From Lama guanicoe (lineage: Eukaryota), in assembly GCA_013239625.1 (NCBI GenBank), contig MU054049.1, positions 1,987,892-2,051,891 of the forward strand: a DNA stretch of 64,000 bases, given 5' to 3'. Below are positions 13,170 through 24,715 of this stretch, piece after piece. The translations under genes were made by a program, and so were the position numbers. A model generated the notes under the pieces. The model saw only the letters and a program-made list of their open reading frames with translations, searched no databases and was not told where the DNA came from. Every line of letters begins with the position of its first letter. Positions within the stretch are counted from its first letter, which is position 1.

Positions 13170-13860
13170 TCTGGTCTCAGTCGGGAAAACGGGCCCCTTC
13201 TCGCTCCAAGAGACCCAGGCGAGAGCGAACAAAAACTTGGAGCTGTCACACCCGAGGCCGGAGGGGTAAGAGGGGCGGGCAGGCAGGCGGAGGTGGTCCC
13301 CAGGCTAGCGTGTCTCAAGTATTAGAGGGGAGGACAAACTGGGGCGGGGCAGGGAGAAAGAGGTGGCCCTCGGGCCGAGAGAGCCGAGGGCCGGGGAGAG
13401 GCGGACCGGCCCGGGCCGGCGGGCAGGCAGGAGGAGATGGCCCCCGGGGGCTAGCGGATCGAGGGAGAGGCCGGCCTCCAAACGCAGGCCCACACACAGG
13501 GCTCGGCCGGCCGGGAAAGCGGTCTTGGCGCCCCAGACCAACCCGCGGCGTGAGAGCAGGAGAAGGCACACCCGCCCGGCTGACCACTCCGGTTCTTACC
13601 ACCTCCGAGTGCCGCTTCCGGGGATCCGAGAAGACCTCTGTGGACAGAGACACAGCCCGAAAAAACCCAAGGGCCGAAAAGGCAGAACTCTCGCGAGAAC
13701 CCAACCTTCTTCCCACGCCTTACACAACACGTTTGACAGTCTCGCGAGATCGCTACTTGGGTCAGCCCAAGGTCCTTGTCCGCCCTCCAGAGGGCGCAGA
13801 GCGCAGGCGCATACACTTTCCACAGCTCCAACTCAGGGTCCCTTTGCCCTTCCGGAATAA
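13170..13860 (-). promoter_or_regulatory. NCOA4: CpG island; distal housekeeping-type NCOA4 promoter
   Basis: CpG-rich. Two perfect TCTCGCGAGA elements (13689-13698, 13740-13749), NRF1 GCGCAGGCGCA (13801-13811), ETS CCGGAAG (13615-13621, minus) and CTCF-like CCTCCAGAGGGCGC (13784-13797). Confidence 0.9.
13600..13680 (-). other. NCOA4: Candidate non-coding NCOA4 first exon (1a); 5' end approximate
   Basis: Donor GAGGTG|gtaaga at 13600/13599, just downstream of the CGCG elements. Confidence 0.65.
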
Positions 13861-14004
13861 ATAAGATTAAATGGAAGAAACATTTGCTGAAGGCAGGCTC
13901 TGTAACGAGTACTTTCCTAAGTGATTCTCTCACACCAAATGTCCTCACAAATACTCACAGATACTATTTAGCCTTAACGTACAGATGTAAAAATAAATGT
14001 TAGA

Positions 14005-14250
14005 AGACACAAAAGGACAAATATATGATTTCATTTATATGAGGTACCTAGAATTGTCATATTTCTAGAGACAGAAAATAAAATAGTTGTTGCCATAGAC
14101 TTGGGAGGATGGCAAGTTCTAGATATGAGTGTGGTAATTGTTGCACAGCAATGCGAATGTACTTAATATCACTCTAGGGTACACTTAAAAATGGTTAAAA
14201 TGGTAAATTTTATGTTATGTATATTTTACCAAAATTTTTAATAAATAATT
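14005..14250 (+). mobile_element. L1MB-type 3' end fragment
   Basis: gacacaaaaggacaaatat...tttatatgaggtacctaga...aatggttaaaatggtaaattttatgttatgtatattttacc. Confidence 0.8.
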
Positions 14251-15231
14251 AAATAAATACACGTATGTCTGAGATCAGATTCCAAACTCCATCATCTGAC
14301 TTCACAGCATAGGCTTGTTTGCACCACATCACACCACACGATTTTCTACTCTGCTTTCCACCATTCTTTACCTCCCCTCACAATCTGGCAATATCCACAT
14401 TGCAATTTTATTTTTTAATTTTCAATTATTTATTTATTTATTATGACCAGATGTTAAAATAAAAGTCTTACTGTCTCAGTTTTGACAGAGATCCCCAATA
14501 CTTGCTGTTAACTGCTCCCCACATTTCCCAGCAAGATGAAGGGCCATCTGAATAGGATTTGCAAAGGAGATGATCATAATAGGGTTTTACGTGACCGGTC
14601 CAAGAATAACAAGAAGAAAGTCTATCTCAACAGAAAGCAATAGAAAACAGGTTCAGATACAGACGCTAAAAGGGCAGTCATAACCGATGATTGGGAGGGG
14701 AGCCCTGGAGAATAAGGAGCAACAGGGAATGTTGAAGGAGCCCACAAAAGCCCCAGGAGGAAGTAAATCATCATAAACACTGCCCCAGGCAGATGGAGCC
14801 AAGACTCAATCAAACCTTTGAAGCTGCTTTTCCTCATTCCCTCTTCAATTCAGATGCAGATTATGGATTGAGATCTTTCTGTAGCTAAAAGTGACCAAGG
14901 CACTTTTTTATTATCTTAAGAGTGACCAAAATCTAGGACCTGCCTAGATTGCTCAACTAGTTCAAGGTATGTTTGCACAGTAGGGTTAGAGGGCAGAGAG
15001 AAAATAAACTCGTTACTGATTGCCCACGATTGTTCAACAGAGGACTTGTCTGCTTGCTTGTGATCTGTCACGTATACACACACCCAACTCTAAGCCCTAG
15101 GAGAACAGGGACCTGGTCTCTCTGGTTCACTACCGTATCCTCGGGCCCACATTACCACCAGCAGTCAGTAAAAACCTGCTGAGTGAACAAATCAGCATTG
15201 TCGCTTTTTTAAGCCTCTAAGTCCTTAAGGC

Positions 15232-15370
15232 TTTTTTTTTTATTGTTGTTGTTATTGTTTTGTTTTTGGTTAAAATTGGTGGGGGGGGTCTTTAGGTTTA
15301 TTTATTTATTTAATGGAGGTACTGGGGATTGAACCCAGGACCTTGTGCATGCTGAACTATATGCTCGCCT
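15232..15370 (-). mobile_element. Camelid tRNA-derived SINE with small internal deletion
   Basis: Reverse complement of the SINE (tggaggtactggggattgaacccaggacc) preceded by a T-rich tail. Confidence 0.85.
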
Positions 15371-15908
15371 CTTAAGTCCCTAAGTTCTGAGAACTGATAC
15401 CGGAGGCCTGCACCCAAACCATCCTTCATCCACATGGCAGGACCTTTTAATACCCCATTGGGCTGCATGTGGTCCTGGAAGCACTTCTTCCAGGCTATCC
15501 TGCTCTAAGCTGCTCTAACCTCAGGCAAACACAGATGTCTGTGAGGGACGCAGCAGGAGGACACGCTCTGAAGAAGCAGAAGGAAGGATGAACATGAAAA
15601 TCTCCCAGAAAATATGGGATCTGATTTCATCTTGAAGACACATTTGTTTTCTGAATTGTTCACCAAATAGTGGGGCATGGGGGCAGCAGAGAGCAGATAC
15701 AGCAGAAGCAAGAGAAGCAGCAGCAGTGGTCTCGAGTTGGGGAGGCACAGTGTTCCACTGGAGAGGAGGGAAAATGTTATAATGTTCATTCACATTGGTT
15801 TTTGTCCCCTTTAAATGTTTGCGTGCTTTCTAATGTGCATTATATCAATGCATGCATAATTTATAAATTAAAAGTATACACAAATTCAAGTGTTTGCTCA
15901 AAAAAGTT

Positions 15909-15914
15909 TTTACT
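15909..15914 (-). terminator. MSMB: MSMB variant polyadenylation signal AGTAAA
   Basis: About 90 nt after the stop, in a 3'UTR (cagtaaaaactttttgagcaaacactt) that matches my recollection of the human MSMB mRNA end. Confidence 0.7.
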
Positions 15915-16000
15915 GGTAAGTAGGATTACGCAAGCATAGACTTATAGAGGCCAGAGGAGGATGAGATCTGGCTGGGAGTTCTGGGCCCACGAGAAGCACA

Positions 16001-16130
16001 TTATAACACCCATTGGCTGACAGCACAGGGATTTTCTGGGTTGTCGCGTTCCACTACTGTATAGCTGCACGTCTCCTTGTTGAAGACTTTCTTGCACTTT
16101 TCTGTGTCATACTCCACAGGTATAGCAATA
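16001..16130 (-). CDS. MSMB: MSMB exon 4 (coding part)
   Basis: Acceptor tgacag|T; IAIPVEYDTEKCKKVFNKETCSYTVVERDNPENPCAVSQWVL-stop. Confidence 0.97.
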
Positions 16131-19100
16131 CTGTCATTGAGACAAAAATAAGACCTGTTAGAAGGAATCAGATGCCCAGCCTCCCCAGGGCCCATTCTGT
16201 GCCAGAAGCAGCCCATACTCCAAGTGTCTGGGGTGACTCTCACCGATTTAAGGTCACCCCTTGGCTGGAAACCTCAAAGTGCCACCTTCAGGACCGTGCA
16301 CCCAAATACATAGAACCTGGTCTGTGAACACAGACTATTTTAACATTTTGCTAAATTCCATTCTGCACGCACAGGACCACAGCAAGTTCCGACAGGCTCA
16401 GAGACAGAGCTGAGCTCCTCTGGGGTCTAGTACTTGCTCCAGCCTAACTCGGCTTATCCTCCCTGCTCAAGAAGTGGCCACTAGGTGTCAGTTACTGTCC
16501 CAGGCTAGAAGGACACACAACTGGCATAGAGAAGGCATTAAACATTCATTACATTAATGACTTTACGTTCAGGAGCTCATTTAATTCTTATGTCCCCGTG
16601 ATTATCCCTATTTTACAGTGAGGAAACTGAGGCTCAGAGAGATTAAGAAACTTATACAGGGTCACACAGCTGGTATGCAAGGAAATGGAGATTCAGACTC
16701 AGTTACTCTGACTCCAGCATTGAGCCTCTTCCCACTTCACTCTTTTTCTACACTAGGTCCACAGGACCCCTAGAAGAGGGTCATATTGATGTGGCTGTCA
16801 TGACGCAGCAATGACCAGGGTAGGGAGTGTCAAATCCGGGTGCCACGGATGCTACATTCTGGAGATGTACTCCCATGTCAGGGAGGAATGGCTCACTAGG
16901 CTTTAACCTGGCCGACACAATCACACTCCACAGTCCCGTTGACACTTGATACAAAGACAATATCAAATTTCTGGGGGCGAAAAATCAAAGTCCATTGTAA
17001 TATGCAGGCACCCAGCCAAGGCAATACCTGTGAACTTGCTTCAGGCAGCCAGACATACAGTTTCCTGACCTGGTGTTCCTCTTGCTCCCTTAAGCACTTA
17101 GCAGGGCGCATCTCAACAAATGTATTCAGAACTTTCAAGGCACTTAAACTTCAGCAGCACTTGTATGTTCTGATTCTGGTCAAGCGCTCAATCTTCTTTC
17201 TGCTCCCTGGTGGTATCATGAGATTCTCAGAGGCACTTGCCAAAGTTCAAATTGCTTAACCTCCTATAGATTCTGACTCAGTAGGTTTGGGGATGGGCTC
17301 CAGGAATCTGTATTTCATCAACTTTCCCAGATGATTCTGTGATTTCAGGCAAGTTTGGGAAACACTATTTTATGCCAATGCCTCTGTCACCAATGTCAAT
17401 TCTGTTCTTGCAGAACACTATAGGCCAATAAACAAGATTATATTGTATAGCACAGGGAAATATATACAAGATCTTATGGTAGCTCACAGAGAAAGGAATG
17501 TGACAAGGAATATATATATATGTTCATGTATAATTGAAAATTTGTGCTCTACACTGGAATTTGACACAACATTGTAAAATGATTATAAATCAATAAAAAA
17601 TGTTTAAAAAAAACAACACTATAGGCCAAGTTTGACATGAAGACCTCAGATGGGTTTGGGGGCGGGGGTAGGAAGGAGTGGAGATGGACTGGCTAGTTTG
17701 GATGTAGCTGCCGAGGAAACAGGAAAATTAGGGCCATGCTGCAAGTACTCTCTGATTTATTGGCCCAAGTACCAGTGTGGCTTTGGTGTCCACAATCACC
17801 CAGCAGAAAAACACCTGCTTGACCCTTGGGCTGACTTGAGTTAAACTCAAGCAGTGAAGCAACTTCAGGTTTAGAATACAAAGCTCACTCACTCCACTCC
17901 TCACATCATTCCCTCTGCCTGTGTTCAGAGCCACTCCTGTTCTTGCAAATGGCCACAGACCAAGCAAGGCTGAAGTGAAAACCAGCTCACTTCCAGACTA
18001 GCTTGGGACTGATGAGTGTCCTTTCCTGTCTTCAGCAACGCATATGGATATAGGTATTTAATAATAAAGATATTTATTGAGATTCAAAAATAAGTTAAAA
18101 GAAATGAGACTGAGGTGGAAACAACCCAAATGTCCATCAACAGATGTGTGGATATACAAAATGTGATTGAAACATTATTCAGCCTTCAAAAGGAAGGAAA
18201 TTCTGAGACATGTTACAATATAGATGATCCTTGAGGACATTATACTGAAATAAGCCAGTATGGGGGTTCAGAATAAGCCTCCCACAAATGTGCCACTTTT
18301 GCATGAGGATTATCTTCAGCTAAAGACAGTAGACACCCTGCAAGTTCAAGAGAAACTTCTGCTCCCCACCCCCAACTTCCTAGGAGAATTTAAATTGAGG
18401 ATCCTTCCCAGAAAAGAGCTACTACCAGAGGTAAATTGTATCTAAATGGCCCCATCTATGTGTCAGAGTAAATATCTAATTACCAAACACCTATTCTTAA
18501 TCTCACCATCCTGTGAATGACCCTCCTGTCCTTGGAAGCCTCAAGCCCCTCTCCCTTCCTTAGCTCAGATTGGCATATAGACTTCATTTTACCTGCTTTT
18601 CAGGATTCTGATTCTAAACCTCTCATGTGTGTGGCATTCCCATATATATGAAATTAAACTTGATTTTCTCCTATTAATCTATCTCATGTCAATTTAATTC
18701 TTAGCCAGAAGAACCTAGAAGTGTAGAGAAAAGTCTTCTTCCTTCCTGATAACCAGTCATAAAAGCACAAATACTTGACAATTCCACTCAGGGTTGTCAA
18801 AATCATAGAGATAGAGAGTAGAATGGTGGTTGGCAGGAACTGGGGTCGAGAAGGAAGTGGAGAGTTGTTGATTAATGGACACGGAGTTTCAGTTTGGGAA
18901 GGTGAAGAAGTTCCGGACGCGGATGGTGAAGATGGGTGTACGAAATCGTGAATGAACTTAAATGCCACTGATTTTACTTTTAAAAGTGGTTAAAATGCTA
19001 AATTTTATGTTATGTGTATTTTACCACGATTTTTTAAAAGAAAAGAAAGAAAGAGGACTGAAAACTCAACTTCCTTCAGGATGGGATTTTGAAAGAAGGA

Positions 19101-22100
19101 GAAACCATTCCTTAGGCAGCAGCCCAGCAGCGGCTACACCCTCTTCTTGCCCTGCTGGCTTGAGACTTACAGGCTGCAACAGTTAATTCCATTCTGGCTG
19201 CAAGAACACTCTTCACAGTTCTCCGTCTTCCACTGGGAGTTCAGAGGGTGTGTGATTCCATCGAGATCCTTGCATTCTAAAAGAATACAGGTGGCATCAT
19301 CAGTGGGGTCCCCAAATCATGCAACCAGAACAAGGCCCCTTGTGGGGCACTGGGGCCAGCCCCTGCCCTCTGCACCCCTCCTAGAGATGAAGAATCTCAA
19401 TGATTTTAAAGTCATCTCAGAAAAGTGCTCTTGTGTTCACTCATGGCTCAACTCCAGGGCAGCTGAGCTCATGCCACTGGTCATGTTTTCTTACAGCAAG
19501 CTTGATTCCATCCAGATTTGGCTTCAGAACAGACATTTCAAGAGGAAATAAGCCCCTCCCTCTTTAATCAGTTAGCTATTATGAGCCTAGTGGTACTTAG
19601 GGTGATTTTTTTTTCCCCGGCTGGATTATCTCCAGATAAATGCCCCATTTCTCCACTTCCTTTTGCTTTGGTTCTCAACCCCAAATTCACATGTGAGACA
19701 TCTTGGGCATTTAAAAAATTAAAAAAAAAAACAAAACCCTGTGCCAGGTCCAAACCCAGACCAATCAGATCAGAATCTCTGGGCATGGGGCCCAGGCTGC
19801 CATATTTTCAGAAAGCTCCCCCTAAATGGTCCAGATGTTTAACAAGAATGAGAACCACTGCTCTAGATCCGAGGTGGTCCAGGTGTGTTTGAGGGCCCAG
19901 CGACATCAGCACCACCTGGGACTGTGAGACATGGAGACCCTCATGCCCACTCCAGGCCCATAGTATCAGAACCTATATTTCAGTAGGATTCCCAGAGGGT
20001 TTACATGCACATTAGAGTCTGAGAAGTACTGGAATAATCAGTGATTCTCAATCCTAGTTGCACATAGGAGTCAACCAAGAAGCTTTTAAGTGTGTAGCTC
20101 CTGGTCTTGAATGGGGCCTGAGCACTGCTAAGTTTCAAAAGCTCTCCAGGCAATTCTCAATTCTAGGATTGAGAAGCACTGTCTTATATAAATGGTTAAG
20201 TTGAAGTCCTTAATTTTCCTCCATTTCTATATCTGCCCTAACCCTCTCTCTCGTGTAGATTTAAGGGCATTCATCTGTCAACAGGTTGCATCTACCAGGA
20301 TGCAATAAAATAATAAGCATTGAAAACTTAGGACTTACCATTAGATCCAGAGTTCTGGTTAGGGATGATAAAGCACTGAGTACTGCATAAAGTCACAAAG
20401 GTGGCTAAAACCACGAAGCTGACCAGAATAGCATTCTGTAATGGGAAGAAGGGTCAGGGAAGGAGAACGAATGAATTCAGTAGGTAAATACTGACTAAGT
20501 GTCCTGTATGGAGACCCCTGCAGGGTTCTGACAGGTGCTTTGAAGGTGGAGCTGCTACTCTCGGGTAATCTAGCAGAGGAGTAAGGCCTACAGAAGTTAC
20601 TAAAATCAACTGGAGAAAAACCTAAATGGGAGTCAAATGTCATAGAGCAATAATGAAAGTGTGCAATTTTATTACAGAGGAGATTCAGGAAACCCTTGTG
20701 GGTAGGCAATTTTTAGCTGCTTTGCAGAGTATGTATAATTTAAAGGACAGAAATGAGTGAAAGAGTTCAGGAATATAATAAGACATTGACAAAGATACAG
20801 AGACAAAGAAAACACAATAGGAGACTTGCTGGAGCTAACTGGGTTAGCTGGAGTCTTAGACCACAAGGCTAAGAACTGCATTTTCCAGATGATAAAGGCA
20901 TCATTGATGGCTGCATGAACATATCAGCTCCTCTAGGCTAATACTGGATGTGTAGGACAAAGGAAAGTGTCTTGTCATCATTTTGAGATGAGTAAGCTAA
21001 GCAAACAAACAAACTTTAAGGTGGAAATTTCCAAGAACTTTTTAAAAAGAAAGATGAGGTGAGGGTACTTATTCTGTAAATTGCCTAAAATTAATTATGA
21101 GCTAATGCTACATGAAATAGTGCATTAGTAATGTAAGAATAGAAAGATAAAGGGAACAAAATAGAAAACCCAGAAAGTATGGGTATATATACATATTTAT
21201 AAACAAATTTTTAAAAATATATGTTTACTATAAAATAAACCTAATCTTTGAAATCTGTAGAGAATAATTATTCAATAAATGGTATTAGAACAAGTGGTGA
21301 ACTATCTGATGAAGAAACAAAGTTAATTCCCTACTTTAGTTCCCACAATAAAATAAATTCTAAAAGGATTCAAAAGTTACATTGTTACAATAAGATCATA
21401 AGCTAATTACAGATACATAGGTAAATATCTTATTCTAAGCATAAAAGAAAAAGAAAATAGACTTGAATATGTAAAAGGTGTAAGTCTTAAACAAAATTAA
21501 AAAGCAATTACCAAATTTGAATTTATATAAAGAGTTTTTAAAACATCAATGGGAAAAAGAGAAACATCCTAGTCAAAAAAATGGCAAAGGGAATAAAGTA
21601 ACATTTCCCACACGCCTGAATAGAAAGGTTAATAAATACATGAGAAAGTTCAACTTACCAATAACACAAGAAATGTAACTATATAGATAAAATAGAATCA
21701 TAATGGGGTGGCAAGAATAATTATTTAATTTCTAATACCCAGAGGGAAATAGAAGCATATGTGGGAAGTAAAAGGCCCAAGGATGGTTGCCGTTGGAACA
21801 ATTTTTACAGAGAGCAATTTGATAGTGTATGTCCAAATTCTTAAAACTGTTATTTATAACTGAATCACTTTGCTGTACACCAGAAACTAACACAACATTA
21901 TGAATCAACTGTACTTCAATTTTTTTAGTTTAAGAAAAATAATAAACTGGAAAAAAGAAAAAAACTGTTTGCAACATTCGACTTCACTTTGTCACTTCTA
22001 AGAATTCATCCTAAGAAGAACAGCACAGAGAAAGAAAGAGATAGACTTCTCCTCAAGGATGCTCACAGCCATGGGAAAATGGAAATAATCAAAATGCCCA

Positions 22101-24684
22101 GGGCTCATTAAGAACATGGTGGTTCAGAAAAGAAACAAGTGAACAGAGGAGGTAAGAGAATATGAAAGGACATGAGCAAATGATAACTATATATCATTAA
22201 GTGAAATGATACAATGAACAAAACAATAGTCTAATGTAAAAAGATACATAGAGAGGGAGATGCTCAGATGCTCAGGAAGAGACTGAAGGTTTTATACCAC
22301 GTTCCAACAAGTGATCTTTGAGTTGACAGATTATGACACTTTTCCTCTTTCGACTTTACCTCTTCTTTTCGAAATTGTTTTCTAAATTGTCCACAGTGAA
22401 ATGCTTTGATTTTATAACCAAAAGAAATAAAATCCATTCTGACAAGAAACCCTCCATACATTTAGTTTACACCGGAACTTGAGGCTGCACCTGCTCTCTC
22501 TGTTTCATTCTTTTGCATAATCTTCACGTTAAGATCATTGTGAAAATCTGAATTCTTTTCTCAAAAAAAAAAAAAGACCAGCCTTATTGACAACATTTCT
22601 GCTCCCTTCATCCAGAAAGGTGGCCCTTGAGGGTAGTGGTTATCACAGGAATCTTGGAGGTCCGGTTTCACCCAGTCACGGAACAGTGGAATCAATAGGC
22701 ATGAGCCAGGGCTGCAGCCCAGGGTGAGTGAGAGGTGCAGGATTCCCAGATGTGCCGCAGCTCTGAGCAGAGGCCCCTGATTGAATGACTAGAGGATGGA
22801 GTCCAAAAATGGTGACGGGTGGAGGGGGGGAACGAATTATTCAGTTTCGAAGTTAACCAATTGCACTATCTCACAAATAGCCTGCCCCTCTCTCCCCACC
22901 CCAGCCTCAGTTTCCTCCCTTGTAAAAAGAGAAGTTCCTCAACTTGAGTGGGTCTCAGAATCACCTAGGTTGCAAATAAGGGACCCCATTCTCAAGCTCA
23001 TTGAAGAAGGATAACATCAGTGTCTTTGAATTTTTACAGAGTCTCCCAGGTGAGACGCACAAGAAAAATGATGCAAACCAGTGCTGCTTTAATGTGCATA
23101 TGAATCCTGGGAGATCTTGTTAAATAAAAAGCAGATTCTGCTTCACTGGGGCTAAAGAGTCCTCATTTCTAGCAAGCTCCCAGGCAACACTAGCACTGCT
23201 GGCCTGAGGAACTCCCCTAAGCAGAAAGGCTCTAAAGTTCCTTCCTGTTCCGGAATTCTATTCTTCCACCTTCCCTCCCGCTCCTCTTTGCTTCCTTTCC
23301 TGTCTTCAGTGAACACGAGCCTCTAATACGTACAGGCACAGAAGATGGCATTTATTCTATTTTCTGGGGTTTTTAAGGGGGAGGAGCAGGGAATGGGTAA
23401 TTAGGTTTATTTATTTATTTGTTTTTTAAACTATTATTATTTTTTAATGGAGGTCCTGGGGATTGAACCAGGGACCTAGTGCATGCTAAGCAGACACTCT
23501 ACCACTGAGCTATACGATCCCATGCCATTCTATTTTCTAAATGGTGCAGCTTTATGCCTGGTCTTGGGGTGAAGCAGGCTGGCGATGCCCCTAGAAATTG
23601 TGTCACTTTAGGTAAGTTGCTGCTCCTTGGAGAGCCTTGCCCTGTCTGATCCAGAGTCAGGTGTCTTCAAGGGGGTCTTAGGCAGGGCAGGGGCATGGCT
23701 TGGGGCCATGGCTTACAAAGTTCACTCTGAGGCTGGAGGAAGGGGTCTGAGTGGAGCAGGGAGGATAGCACTGTTTCCCTGCTATTCCCAGCTCTGTCTC
23801 AAGGCAGTCTCTGAGGCATGGCCCGAGAGAGGGCTGTCTCCAACCTCACTTGTCTACTTCTGCCTATTGGCCACTGCCTCCCTCTTCCTTTGTACCAGGA
23901 GAGCAGCCCAGTTCATTCCCTTTCACTGGCTCTAGCCAAGGATACTTTTTAAAAGATCAAGTTGGAATTAAAGACAGAAAGGAAGATAAGTTTTTATCGA
24001 TTCTGACAGAAAATTTTTTCTTAATACAACACGATACAGTAAAAAGGGCGTAGGGTAACGGTTCCCAAACTTTGCTTTAAAATCACACGGGCAGCTTTGA
24101 AAAACCCTGCTTTCTCGGGCTTCACTGCAGACCAATTAGATCAGAGTATCTGTGATGGGAATCAAGTATCAGTATTTTTCAACGATCCCCAGGTGATCCC
24201 ACCGCACAGCCAAGTTTGGGAACCCCCAGCCCAGGGAGAAGGACTCCTGGGTTCACAGCTCAGCTCCCCTCCTGGCTCATGGAGAGACCCCCACGGCAGC
24301 TTCTTCTCTCCCCAGCTTCAGGTTCCTTATCTGTAAAACCATGCAGTGCTGTAGCTCTGAAATCAGATTTCATTTCACAGATCACTCACTCAGGGCCCCA
24401 GATTTAGAGACACAGATGAAACCCAATTGAATCCCCAAATTCCTGGAAGAAATAACAGACTTCAGAGAGCAGAAATGGTGCTAAATTCATGAAGATGTTC
24501 CCAAGCTCCCAGACTCTCATTCTACTACGCATTGTATTGTAAGTCATCTATAGAAGACTCTTCACCAGGTCACATTTACTGTTAAATACTCTCCGGCAGA
24601 AACACACATCACAGCGTATTAAAATAAGGACTATAGATTCTTTTTTTCCCCTGGCCTTTAGGGATGAAACCAGCTACCTACCAT
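16001..24684 (-). CDS. MSMB: MSMB, beta-microseminoprotein (PSP94); complete 4-exon CDS join(24682-24684,20339-20435,19171-19276,16001-16130), 111 aa
   Basis: Spliced product is MNAILVSFVVLATFVTLCSTQCFIIPNQNSGSNECKDLDGITHPLNSQWKTENCEECSCSQNGINCCSLIAIPVEYDTEKCKKVFNKETCSYTVVERDNPENPCAVSQWVL. It has a 20-aa signal peptide and 10 Cys in the family pattern. All introns are GT-AG with phases 0,1,2; 3+97+106+130=336 nt. Confidence 0.97.
16475..16492 (+). promoter_or_regulatory. Candidate CTCF site in MSMB intron 3
   Basis: TGGCCACTAGGTGTCAGT is a close match to the CTCF core consensus. Confidence 0.5.
16555..16740 (-). mobile_element. MIR SINE
   Basis: attatccctattttacagtgaggaaactgaggctcagagagattaag. 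Confidence 0.85.
17429..17614 (+). mobile_element. Young 5'-truncated L1 in MSMB intron 3
   Basis: L1 3'UTR with aataaa and A tail; perfect 15-bp TSD aacactataggccaa at 17414-17428 and 17615-17629. Confidence 0.9.
18110..19040 (+). mobile_element. L1MB-type 3' fragment interrupted by a solo ERV1-type LTR (18259-18752)
   Basis: L1 text gaaacaacccaaatgtccatcaacagatg...taagccag resumes as ccagtcataaaag after the LTR; 4-bp TSD ccag. Confidence 0.75.
19171..19276 (-). CDS. MSMB: MSMB exon 3
   Basis: cttttag|AATGCAAGGATCTC...TGTTGCAGCCT|gtaagt; 106 bp; CKDLDGITHPLNSQWKTENCEECSCSQNGINCCS. Confidence 0.97.
19665..20185. mobile_element. Cluster of MER5-type hAT-Charlie DNA transposon fossils
   Basis: Repeated MER5 motifs (ggttctcaacc...atcagaatctctggg...atgagaaccactgctcta). 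Confidence 0.7.
20339..20435 (-). CDS. MSMB: MSMB exon 2 (signal peptide)
   Basis: ccattacag|AATGCTATTCTG...TCTAATG|gtaagt; 97 bp; NAILVSFVVLATFVTLCSTQCFIIPNQNSGSN. Confidence 0.97.
20880..22300 (+). mobile_element. Degenerate old L1 (L1M/L1ME-like) fragments in MSMB intron 1
   Basis: A-rich with L1 ORF2/3'UTR remnants (attcaataaatggtattagaacaa; taactgaatcactttgctgtacaccagaaactaacacaac). Confidence 0.6.
23366..23523 (-). mobile_element. Camelid tRNA-derived SINE
   Basis: Reverse-complement SINE flanked by TSD attctattttct. Confidence 0.9.
24052..24228. mobile_element. MER5A DNA transposon fossil
   Basis: ggttcccaaactttgct...aatcac...ccaagtttgggaacc terminal inverted structure. Confidence 0.75.
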
Positions 24685-24715
24685 TGTGATGAGCAGGAGT
24701 CCTTACAGGCACATG
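24682..24715 (-). CDS. MSMB: MSMB exon 1 (short 5'UTR plus ATG only; coding 24682-24684)
   Basis: gtgcctgtaaggactcctgctcatcacaATG|gtaggt; an ATG-only coding exon 1 is the known MSMB structure. TATATAA lies about 30 nt upstream of the exon start. Confidence 0.92.

Noticed and set aside
13160..13948. ORFs of 165-234 aa over the distal CpG island, one of which is in frame with NCOA4 exon 2
   Set aside because: GC-rich promoter DNA with low-complexity Arg/Gly/Pro translations; the in-frame one has no ATG upstream of the donor.
16131..16243. N-terminal half of the 80-aa ORF 16001-16243
   Set aside because: Intronic; MSMB similarity starts at the acceptor at 16130.
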